Shown here piece by piece: positions 10,784 through 20,670 of a stretch of 51,575 bases of DNA. The translations under genes and the position numbers were made by a program. The stretch is from Octopus bimaculoides. Its lineage: Eukaryota. The notes beneath the pieces were generated by a model. The model saw nothing but the letters and a program-made list of their open reading frames with translations. It was not told the DNA's origin and made no database searches. The stretch covers positions 154,745,905-154,797,479 of the forward strand of contig NC_068983.1 of assembly GCF_001194135.2 (NCBI RefSeq), read 5' to 3'. The stretch's first letter is position 1. Each line of letters starts with the position of its first letter.

Positions 10784-11207
10784 GGCGGCGAGCTGGCAGA
10801 AACGTTAGCACGCCGGGCAAAATTCTAAGCGGTATTTCATCTACCGCTACGTTCTAAGTTCAAATTCCGCCGAGGTCGACTTTTCCTTTCGGGGTCGATT
10901 AAATAATTACCAGTTAGGCACTGGGGTCGGTATTATCGACTTAATCCGTTGGTCTGTCCTTGTTTGTCCCCTTTGTGTGTAGCTACTTGTGGGCAGTAAA
11001 GAAATAAGAAACGTTAGCACGCCGGGTGAAATGCTTAGCTGTATTTCGTTTGTCATAACGTTTTGAGTTCAAATTCTGCTGAGGTCGACTTTACCTTTCA
11101 TTCTTTCGGGGGCGATAAATTAAGTACCAGTTGCGTACTGGGGTCGATCTAATCGACTAGCCCCCTTCCCCAAACTTTCGGGCTTTGTGCATAGAGTAGA
11201 AAAGAAT
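10784..11207 (+). mobile_element. Dimeric SINE family B (monomer 1 with type-1 tail, monomer 2 with type-2 tail)
   Basis: GAAACGTTAGCACGCCGGG occurs twice (~10800 and ~11008), each followed by a GTTCAAATTC B box and GGTCGACTTT domain; the two tails differ. Confidence 0.9.
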
Positions 11208-11739
11208 ATGCACAAATATAGTGTTCCCATCAGCTATTCTCACAACCAGCCGTTGGTTATCAAGGAAGCACAAGTCATATTACTTAATTTTGATAGTGCC
11301 ATAACGGAAAATACATGTAGACCACACCTAAAGAAATTATTGGTTAATATGTATGGAAGTACTATTATATCTACATTTAGAAACGTAAGACAACAAGCTA
11401 TCGATAAAAACGGGGTGAATTAGAAGGTGGCATTCAAATAAACTGGCGTTGAATAGAATATCTCCTCCCACAGGGTGACACTGAAACATACAATTTTAAG
11501 GTTGTTCCTCTGAGATGGTTCATAACTAGGATCACATCCAGTCTGTTATAAAATGTTACGTTTAGTCTAGAGTGAACAAGATCTATCAGTCACCACACGT
11601 GATTTGTCATTAGCTTGTTAAATACAGATACAGTAACTGTATGACATGGAACCTTTCCTATAATACCTTTCAGTACCAGTGATTATTTCACAGAGCTTTC
11701 GAAACTGATGAGGTTTATGCAGATATTGGTTAGCGTGAA

Positions 11740-12290
11740 GATAAGTTTCATATCAACGTTTTTTTTTTTAAAGAAAATGAGAATGTGGAGTGGGGAAGGA
11801 TTCAGAAAGTTAAAAGTTTAATGGTGAAATAACTGTGAAAATTTGCTTAACGTTATGTCAGAAATAAGACACTGCAACGGTTGATAGGGAAAGCAAAAAT
11901 AAGTTGGAATAGTGAACCTGGGTGGGGACGGCATAAATTTGGCTTGTTCAGAAGAGCAAATGACAAGGTGGTAGCTATACAAATGGCAGAGAGAAGAATG
12001 AGAGAAGTTATGAAAACTTCAGGCCAGTGGCTGAGACATGTTCGTCTGTGAATCATTGCCAATGAATCGCGAGATCTTCAAGATGCAGGCTAGGATGCTT
12101 GTGATGTAGCGACCACATTGATCCATGGATGTGAATGATACTATAATGTAGGTCTTACTTGAGTTTTCGGGGACCAGGTATTCCCTGTCTCTAAAAGGAA
12201 ATCACTGTCTTTGTGGTGCATTTTTGACAAGTTATAGTATCGTGACACACATGACTGAAAGAGGGTAAGGAGGCACAAAATTGTTTCTTA
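11740..12290 (-). mobile_element. Degenerate CR1/Jockey-group LINE 3' fragment
   Basis: KTQVRPTL*YHSHPW; SLCHLYSYHLVICSSEQAKFMPSPPRF; F*ILPHSTF. Confidence 0.6.
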
Positions 12291-12402
12291 GATATCATTC
12301 GTTCAGCAACAAAACCCTAAGCTTGGGAAGGTTGGGTTAGTCTAAAGCTACCTTCTAATATTGCATTTCATTCAAGATGCGGCGGCTCAAAGTAAAAAGG
12401 GA

Positions 12403-12465
12403 GAAGAAGAAGAAGAAGAAGAAGAAGAAGAAGAAGAAGAAGAAGAAGAAGAAGAAGAAGAAGAA
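12403..12465. repeat. Perfect (GAA)21 microsatellite
   Basis: Direct inspection. Confidence 0.98.
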
Positions 12466-12810
12466 GGGATGTATATTTCACGCTCATTTTAATTTAATTT
12501 ATTTTATTTTATTGGCCTTTAGGTGTCTTCATTTCAGAAATCCTATGGGCGGAGGGTCACCATACGATTTTATTTTTGTTTTTTTTTTATTTTTTTTCAT
12601 TTTTGTAACGTTATCATATTCATGTGAATCATATCATTTACTTACTTACGCATTGCAGTCTAACTGGTGCCAAGTGAATTTCGTACATTTGAACAATAAA
12701 ACTCTCAGTAAAGTGATCTTATTACTTGCCAACAAAGCAGGTAACCTTGAACGAGCAAATATACAAAGATGATAGATAATAAATTCAAACAAATCCAGCT
12801 TTAAATTTCA

Positions 12811-12811
<1 letters not shown>

Positions 12812-12842
<31 letters not shown>

Positions 12843-12854
12843 TAATAATAATAA
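12812..12854. repeat. (TAA)n microsatellite
   Basis: Direct inspection. Confidence 0.95.
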
Positions 12855-13084
12855 TTCGGTTGGTAAGTTTAGTGGAGCTCGGTGTTATATTGTATGTGCA
12901 TATATATACTCATCCACATATTATGTGTATATACAATACTCATTCCATATATATATATAGGTATAAATATATCTATATATATATATATATACTTCACTGA
13001 TATTGAAAAGGTGAAAACAAGCAATGTTAATTCTCTAAATGAGGTATTAACAGTAACTGCACGATAAAGTGTAGTATATTGCCA

Positions 13085-13232
13085 CTTAAGTGTGGCTGAC
13101 CCCTAGGGGTGGATGTTACTGTTGCTTTTAGCCCCAGGAGGACATCTCCTCCAGCTGGCTTATCGACACACGACTGTGTCCTGTTTGCCAAGGGAGTTAT
13201 CCCTCTCACCACGGCCAGCAGCTAAAAGCAAC
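13085..13232. repeat. GC-richer segment with 12-bp inverted repeat, cut by a gap (possible MITE)
   Basis: GTTGCTTTTAGC (~13119-13130) and GCTAAAAGCAAC (13221-13232) are exact reverse complements. Confidence 0.45.
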
Positions 13233-13958
13233 NNNNNNNNNNNNNNNNNNNNNNNNNNNNNNNNNNNNNNNNNNNNNNNNNNNNNNNNNNNNNNNNNNNN
13301 NNNNNNNNNNNNNNNNNNNNNNNNNNNNNNNNNNNNNNNNNNNNNNNNNNNNNNNNNNNNNNNNNNNNNNNNNNNNNNNNNNNNNNNNNNNNNNNNNNNN
13401 NNNNNNNNNNNNNNNNNNNNNNNNNNNNNNNNNNNNNNNNNNNNNNNNNNNNNNNNNNNNNNNNNNNNNNNNNNNNNNNNNNNNNNNNNNNNNNNNNNNN
13501 NNNNNNNNNNNNNNNNNNNNNNNNNNNNNNNNNNNNNNNNNNNNNNNNNNNNNNNNNNNNNNNNNNNNNNNNNNNNNNNNNNNNNNNNNNNNNNNNNNNN
13601 NNNNNNNNNNNNNNNNNNNNNNNNNNNNNNNNNNNNNNNNNNNNNNNNNNNNNNNNNNNNNNNNNNNNNNNNNNNNNNNNNNNNNNNNNNNNNNNNNNNN
13701 NNNNNNNNNNNNNNNNNNNNNNNNNNNNNNNNNNNNNNNNNNNNNNNNNNNNNNNNNNNNNNNNNNNNNNNNNNNNNNNNNNNNNNNNNNNNNNNNNNNN
13801 NNNNNNNNNNNNNNNNNNNNNNNNNNNNNNNNNNNNNNNNNNNNNNNNNNNNNNNNNNNNNNNNNNNNNNNNNNNNNNNNNNNNNNNNNNNNNNNNNNNN
13901 NNNNNNNNNNNNNNNNNNNNNNNNNNNNNNNNNNNNNNNNNNNNNNNNNNNNNNNNNN
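13233..13958. other. Assembly gap (N-run)
   Basis: N-run. Confidence 1.
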
Positions 13959-14530
13959 TATATATATATATGTATCGGTTTTAGTCCATGCGTGTAAGAA
14001 TCAGTGTGGCGGCATCATTTTGTTTAACCATGCAGAGAAAGTTACGTCTGAAAGCTAGAAATGTTACTTTTATCTTTCTTGTTTTTCTGTTTTTAATAAA
14101 GTAAATTACGAAGAAAAACTTCTTTATCTGTCTTTCTTTGTGTATGTGTGCATTTTTTTTTTTCTTTTCTTACTCTTTCTTTTTTCCCTTTTAAAAGAAA
14201 TTGCCAAATGAGCTATTATGGCAATTTTTTTTTGAAAAGCAAACAGACGTGTTTTACAAACTGATATTTACTAAAATCTGCAAAATCTACAATCTTTATT
14301 TGCAGACAGTATTTACTTTTTCTTTGAGTGGACTCACTAACCTTTATCGCTAAAAAATTATCCATCTGGGTGGTCCCGATTAAGTACAGTGTGTTAATGT
14401 ATAAGTATACATGCATACGTACAAATATATATAGGTAAAAATGTAGATATACATATGTGTGTGTATGTGCATTATATACATATATATATACATAGTGAGA
14501 GAGAGAGATAAAGCTGCAACTATATATATA

Positions 14531-15271
14531 NNNNNNNNNNNNNNNNNNNNNNNNNNNNNNNNNNNNNNNNNNNNNNNNNNNNNNNNNNNNNNNNNNNNNN
14601 NNNNNNNNNNNNNNNNNNNNNNNNNNNNNNNNNNNNNNNNNNNNNNNNNNNNNNNNNNNNNNNNNNNNNNNNNNNNNNNNNNNNNNNNNNNNNNNNNNNN
14701 NNNNNNNNNNNNNNNNNNNNNNNNNNNNNNNNNNNNNNNNNNNNNNNNNNNNNNNNNNNNNNNNNNNNNNNNNNNNNNNNNNNNNNNNNNNNNNNNNNNN
14801 NNNNNNNNNNNNNNNNNNNNNNNNNNNNNNNNNNNNNNNNNNNNNNNNNNNNNNNNNNNNNNNNNNNNNNNNNNNNNNNNNNNNNNNNNNNNNNNNNNNN
14901 NNNNNNNNNNNNNNNNNNNNNNNNNNNNNNNNNNNNNNNNNNNNNNNNNNNNNNNNNNNNNNNNNNNNNNNNNNNNNNNNNNNNNNNNNNNNNNNNNNNN
15001 NNNNNNNNNNNNNNNNNNNNNNNNNNNNNNNNNNNNNNNNNNNNNNNNNNNNNNNNNNNNNNNNNNNNNNNNNNNNNNNNNNNNNNNNNNNNNNNNNNNN
15101 NNNNNNNNNNNNNNNNNNNNNNNNNNNNNNNNNNNNNNNNNNNNNNNNNNNNNNNNNNNNNNNNNNNNNNNNNNNNNNNNNNNNNNNNNNNNNNNNNNNN
15201 NNNNNNNNNNNNNNNNNNNNNNNNNNNNNNNNNNNNNNNNNNNNNNNNNNNNNNNNNNNNNNNNNNNNNNN
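14531..15271. other. Assembly gap (N-run)
   Basis: N-run. Confidence 1.
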
Positions 15272-15454
15272 TATATATATATATATGCTTGTGGGAGGCA
15301 TTGTAGCCGAATGCTTAAAAAAGTTTTCGTAATCACCAAGTTGCAGGTTCCATTGCGTGGTGTAGAATCTTCGGCAAGAACCGGTTATCATATCCTTCGA
15401 CTGCACCTTAAGTCTTGTAAATACATGGCACTATAATGTATCAGACACTTGAAG

Positions 15455-15698
15455 TGACTTAGACTCTACCAGAAGACAACTAAAAGGTTATACGTGTCTA
15501 TGGAATACTCATTCACTGTTCTATATTCTGTACGTTATTTATATTATTTACATTGGACAGATATGTGCTCTCACCTTGTTCGTTGTTACTCCCAACGTTT
15601 CGGCTGGTTTACTCTCCAGTCTTCATCAGGCGTCCTGGTAGAATTTTGAACCCAACCCTGGATTCTCATTCCTAAGGTATTTTTTGCTGATGTTATTA

Positions 15699-15778
<80 letters not shown>

Positions 15779-15780
15779 TA
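15455..15780 (-). mobile_element. Penelope-like tail/pLTR in inverted orientation: (TAA)n then CTGATGA...GAAACGTT motif
   Basis: Minus strand: (TAA)n, AAAATACCTTAGGAATGAGAATCC..., CCTGATGAAGACTGGAGAGTAAACCAGCCGAAACGTTG; directly abuts the 5'-truncated PLE ORF. Confidence 0.7.
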
Positions 15781-15796
15781 TTGTGCTCTAGCATAT

Positions 15797-16550
15797 GTGC
15801 CGCCTCTTTTAGTTTTCGTATTAATAACACACACCAAGTATGGATTCAGGACATCCGTATATCGCAAGCCAAACTTCACTGGACGATACCTCAACTTCAA
15901 TTCCCTCCATCCATACAGTGTAAAGAGAGGGATTGCTCAGTGCCTAAAACATCGATCAAAGAATATAAGTAGCGATCCTGATGCACGCCACGGAAACATG
16001 ATCAAGTTAAGTAACAATCTATTAAACAACAACTACCCAAAAAACATACGATCCACTCCAATTAGGAAGAGGAGAGAGGAAGAGACTCATAAACTGACCA
16101 CAATCTGTCTACCCTATGTGAAAGGCCCCTCTGAAAAGATACAAAAGATATACGGCCCATATGACATCAAGACAGTATTCAAGAGTAATACAACACTTTG
16201 CAAATATCTCCTTCGAGTAAAACCACCAATAGAAGAGAATATGACTAAGAACTGCGTGCATCCCATCTCATAGAGTTTTGATAGGTTATACAAAGGCGAA
16301 ACGTGTCGCCCACTCAAAATAAGGGTAGAGGAGCATCGTAAAGCTGTGACACGAGGAAATGTTGAAACATCGGGTATAGCTGATCATGTATGGAAAAGCG
16401 GAGACCACCTTCGTCTGTGGGATGAAGTTAGAATAATAGAGAACACTGCTGGAAAATACGAAAACTCAAAGAGGCAGTACGTATAACCTCCTAAGCAGAC
16501 CTAGTGCAGATATTAGTAGAATATGGGAACCGGTATTATGGAAAGATATA
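15797..16550 (+). pseudogene. Penelope-like element ORF 3' part (RT end plus GIY-YIG endonuclease), 5'-truncated
   Basis: TSVYRKPNFTGRYLNFNSLHP; ICLPYVKG; NCVHPIS*...YKGETCRPLKIRVEEHRKAV...SGIADHVW. Confidence 0.92.
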
Positions 16551-16595
16551 AAAATATTAGGTCTATTTGTAAAATATTAGGTCTATTTTGCCCAC

Positions 16596-16668
16596 GGGCA
16601 TATAGCGTAATGGTTAAGAGCACGGGCTACTAACCCCAAGATTGCGAGTTCAGTTCCACGCAGTACCT
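16596..16668 (+). promoter_or_regulatory. tRNA-like Pol III cassette (A box 16603-16613, B box 16646-16657); not a functional tRNA
   Basis: TAGCGTAATGG; anticodon-like arm GGG-CTACTAA-CCC; GAGTTCAGTTCC; no acceptor stem. Confidence 0.7.
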
Positions 16669-16674
16669 TGTATA

Positions 16675-16718
<44 letters not shown>
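16675..16718. repeat. (TAA)n tract following the tRNA-like cassette
   Basis: Direct inspection. Confidence 0.97.
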
Positions 16719-16719
<1 letters not shown>

Positions 16720-16982
16720 CACAACCGAGAAGGGAACTTCATGGGAAAAAGGTTCTTCTCTTTATCTGGTGGGATTGCAAAGGAGTAATTCACACAAGTC
16801 TACTCACAGCAATTAGAGCGTTTGAACCAAGCTTTGAAGAAAAGAAGACCCACTCTAGTGAATCGAAAAGGAGTGATGTTTCATCAGGACCATGCGCGAC
16901 CCCACATTGCAAAGATCACATCACAGAAGATCGAAGAGCTTGGTTGGGAAAAAAATTCCTCATCCACCTTACACATATTCCG
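16719..16982 (+). mobile_element. Mariner transposase fragment, internally deleted, no TIRs
   Basis: KKVLLFIWWDCKGVIH / QQLERLNQALKKRRPTLVNRKGVMFHQDHARPHIAK...GWEKIPHPPY. Confidence 0.9.
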
Positions 16983-17679
16983 TCACCTATCTCTCTTTCG
17001 CTTTCTTTCCTTACGCAAAGAATCCTTTCTCTCCCTATTCGTTACTTTCATCGCATCCTTTAACAATGCGTTTCTCTTCTCCCTCCCCCCTTACTTCCCT
17101 CTTTCTTTCGCTAGCTGTTAGTTTAGGGTTCTTCTTATTTTCTCTTTCTTTCCCCCTCCCTACGTTGAAGATATACTTCCTATCTCTCTTGTCTGTTATA
17201 ACTGACTTCTATATGTATACACCAAGAGATGTTTGTGCGCGTGCATGGTTACGTGCATATATGTATATATGTATTTGTGCGTATATTTGTGTCTTACATA
17301 TATATGCCTGCATATATATGTAACTATGTACATGCATCTGTGTATTCTGATGTCTGTATATTATAGATGGTCTTGTATGGGTATATACTGTTGTAAAATC
17401 TTTATGTAATACAGCGTGAAAATTTTAATTCTAATTTTAATGTATTAATTGACTTGCATTTAGTATATAATTATCTACAATATGTATTTTGAGTCTACTC
17501 TTCGATTTAAGGTTTTCATCGATTTTACAATTGGATGACTTTATATTGAATTCATTTATTTTATTCATTGCATACTTAAGATCGTTAATTGAAAGGACTA
17601 ATGAAACAAATCCGTTTTTAAAGGTGCATCCTTTAACTAGTTTTGATCATATCGTTATCTCTTTTCCATTTTAACAGAA

Positions 17680-17717
17680 CTGTCCGACGAACGGGAACGT
17701 GAAACTCTGAGTAACAG
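17680..17717 (+). ncRNA. Minimal type I hammerhead-ribozyme-like motif (PLE pLTR type) with one core substitution
   Basis: CTGT-CCGACGA-ACG(GGAA)CGT-GAAA-CTCTGAG-TA^ACAG. Stem I CTGT/ACAG, stem II ACG/CGT, GUA triplet; AATAAA follows ~30 nt downstream. Confidence 0.65.
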
Positions 17718-17780
17718 CTTTTGTTATATTTCTGCTGCTTTTAAATAAAGTATATATATATGTATATACATATATATACA

Positions 17781-17941
17781 TACACGACGGGCTTCTTTCA
17801 GTTTTTGTCTATCGAATCCACTCATAACGCCTTGGTCGGCCCGAGGCTATAGCAGAGAACACTTGCCCAAGGTACTACACAGTGTGATTGAACCTGGAAC
17901 CATATGGTTGAGAATCAAGCTTCTTACCACACAACCACGCA
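17781..17941 (-). mobile_element. SINE family A, 5' half ending at the internal microsatellite
   Basis: Reverse complement GCGTGGTTGTGTGGTAAGAAGCTTG...GGTTCAATC...TACCTTGGGCAAGTG...GAAAGAAGCCCGTCGTG. Confidence 0.85.
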
Positions 17942-18078
17942 TATGTATGTATATATATGTGCGTATATATGTGTGTGTGTATGTATATATATATATATAT
18001 GTATGTCGGTATATATATGCACGTATATGTGTGGATATATGTGTGTGCTTGTGGATGGGTGGCTGTGGTGAGTGTGGG

Positions 18079-18224
18079 NNNNNNNNNNNNNNNNNNNNNN
18101 NNNNNNNNNNNNNNNNNNNNNNNNNNNNNNNNNNNNNNNNNNNNNNNNNNNNNNNNNNNNNNNNNNNNNNNNNNNNNNNNNNNNNNNNNNNNNNNNNNNN
18201 NNNNNNNNNNNNNNNNNNNNNNNN
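18079..18224. other. Assembly gap (N-run)
   Basis: N-run. Confidence 1.
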
Positions 18225-18673
18225 TGGGTGTGGGTGTGATTGTATGCGTGTGTATTCTTACTGACAGATTTTTTTCACTCTTGCTCTACATCTCGGTATG
18301 CCCATCAGTATTCACATCTTAGAATTAATCTTATTTTAATTAAAGGAGGAACCACTGAATTTCTTCGCCCCACATTGGTAACGCTTCTCATCGGTAACGC
18401 TTTCCTGTATAAAGGCCTAAATGTATTTGTTTTCCCAAATAAATCTCACTTCATGTTTGAGGCTCTGATGAAACTTGGGCACTTAACTATGAATCCACCG
18501 CATCTTATAGTGGGAACAGCTGTAAGCTAATGAAATTCATAAGATAATAGTTTATTCCTTTGTCATTTTTTACTTTATTACCGCTCTGTCCTCGACTAAC
18601 GCTTCTTTCAAAAGCATAAGTATACTAATTTCTAGACCGGGTTATTAGTATTACAATATCTAAGCGAAATATT

Positions 18674-18791
18674 AGTTTCAAATTCTGGCACAAGACCAGC
18701 AAGTTTAGCAGAGGGCTAAGTTGATTTTTATGAGGCTCCGAAAGAACGAAAGGTAAACTCAACTTTGGCGGAATTTGAAGTCAGAACGCTG
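18674..18791 (-). mobile_element. 5'-truncated SINE family B (type-3 tail) with 13-bp TSD
   Basis: GTTCTGACTTCAAATTCCGCC...GTGCCAGAATTTGAAAC; TAAGCGAAATATT at 18661-18673 and 18792-18804. Confidence 0.75.
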
Positions 18792-19189
18792 TAAGCGAAA
18801 TATTGAGATATATATATATTCATGTACATGCACATATATGATACATGTAGATATATAAGATGCATATATGAATATGTACATGTATGTGTATGTATGTGCT
18901 TATCCTCAACTCCAGCAGACAAACACTCTTTCATTGAGTGTGTGTGTGCGTGTGCGTGCGCGTGCGTAGGGTGCGTGTGTGTGTGCTTGTAAACGTGTTT
19001 GTGTGCAAATATTTATACGTGCTTTTACATATGTAAGATATATTTATGAGTGCGTGTGATGTCTATATTATGAAGGTTTGTATACCTTTGTATTATATTA
19101 CTCTAGCTACATTGGCCTACATTGTAATGTAACTGCCATATGCATTCAAATTATAGATTAATCTCTTTTTGAGACCGAGACATGACTAA

Positions 19190-19294
19190 AGGAGAGAGAG
19201 AGAGAGAGAGAGAGAGCAAGCAAAGAGTAGCGGTTAGAGTGAGATTCAATGAGTGTTGTGTGGCATAAAATGTATGTGTGTGCGTGCATGGGTA

Positions 19295-19326
<32 letters not shown>

Positions 19327-19770
19327 AAACAGACAGACAGACAGACAACCAGACAGACAGATAGAATTACACGTGTGCGCGCACAGACGCACACACAACA
19401 CAAACCACACACACACACACACACACACACACATGGATATATCTATCCTTTTGTGTGTGTGATAGATCAATCGATCGATCGATCGATCGACAGATAGATG
19501 GATAGATAGATAGATAGATGGATAGATAGATAAATATTGTATGTTTGTGTACACGTGTATGTGTGCCACACAACTACGCCTATGTATGTATATATATGTG
19601 CGTATATATGTGTGTATGTATATATATATGTGTGTGTGTGTATGTATATATAAATATATATGTCGGTATATATATTTGTGTGTATGTATGTATATATAAA
19701 TATATATGTCGGTATATATATGTACGTATATGTGTGTATATATATGTGTGTGTGAGTGTGTGTGTGCGTG

Positions 19771-19810
<40 letters not shown>
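19190..19810. repeat. Compound (GA)n/(GACA)n/(CA)n/(GATC)n/(GATA)n/(TA,TG)n microsatellite block
   Basis: Direct inspection. Confidence 0.95.
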
Positions 19811-19812
<2 letters not shown>

Positions 19813-19960
19813 AATAATTGATAGAAAAGACAGAATGTACTGTAAGCTTTATTTAGCACGTCGATCGTTTCGTCCTAGATCTGCACTGCCCCCTAGTGGG
19901 TGGGGAACGATATAAAAGAATCGAATGCACCCCACAATTTAGAAGAAAACTCATCAGGTT
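19811..19960 (-). mobile_element. Probable PLE pLTR remnant with degenerate hammerhead core
   Basis: Minus strand CTGATGAG...(~80 nt)...GGACGAAACGATCGAC, then AATAAA. Confidence 0.4.
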
Positions 19961-20004
19961 ACATAATATATTACCATAATATATAATCTATATAAATATA
20001 TATA

Positions 20005-20047
<43 letters not shown>

Positions 20048-20057
20048 NNNNNNNNNN
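20048..20057. other. Assembly gap (10 N) inside (TA)n
   Basis: N-run. Confidence 1.
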
Positions 20058-20109
20058 GATTTTAATTGAGTTTTTTACCTGTAATTTTGGATTTTGTCCC
20101 TAATATTAT

Positions 20110-20164
<55 letters not shown>

Positions 20165-20176
20165 ATATATATTAAA

Positions 20177-20587
20177 CGCAGGTGTGGCTGTGTGGTAAGT
20201 AGCTTGCTCTTGCTTACCAAGCACATGATTCTGGGTTCAGTCCCACTGCGTGGCATCTTTGGCAAGTATCTTCTACTATAGCCTCGGGCTATAGTAGAAT
20301 TTGGTAGACGGAAACTAAAAGAAGCCCATCGTATATGTGTGTGTGTGCGTGTGTGCGTGCGTGTGTGTGAGTGTGTATGTGTGCTTGTGTGTCTGTGTTT
20401 ATCTCACCACTAACGCTTGACAGCCGATCTAGGTGCGTGTATATCCCCGTAACCTAGCTGTTCGGCAAAAGAGACCGATAGAATAAGTACTAGGCTTACA
20501 AAGAATAAGTCCTGGGGTCGATTTGTTCGACTAAAGGTGGTGCTCCAGCATGGCCACAGTCAAATGACTGAAACAAATAAAAGAATA
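20177..20587 (+). mobile_element. SINE family A, full length
   Basis: GCAGGTGTGGCTGTGTGGTAAG head, GGGTTCAGTCCC B box, internal (TG)n, tail ...GTCAAATGACTGAAACAAATAAAAGAAT. Confidence 0.92.
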
Positions 20588-20605
20588 TTTATATATATAT
20601 AGATA

Positions 20606-20670
20606 NNNNNNNNNNNNNNNNNNNNNNNNNNNNNNNNNNNNNNNNNNNNNNNNNNNNNNNNNNNNNNNNN
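20606..20670. other. Assembly gap (N-run)
   Basis: N-run. Confidence 1.

Noticed and set aside
11700-11745. CTGATGA motifs elsewhere (11705, 18465, 24485, 50359)
   Set aside because: No downstream stem II plus GAAA plus NUH arrangement; expected by chance.
12377-12772. Poly-lysine ORF
   Set aside because: Product of (GAA)21 followed by AT-rich non-coding sequence.
13113-15436. 200-420-aa ORFs containing X runs (also 4001-5176, 34004-34603, 41599-42685)
   Set aside because: Length comes from assembly gaps; only the Tx1 part of 41631-42896 is real coding-derived sequence.
16596-16668. Functional tRNA gene (also the heads of SINEs A, B, C and 46684)
   Set aside because: A/B boxes are present, but no acceptor stem or complete cloverleaf.
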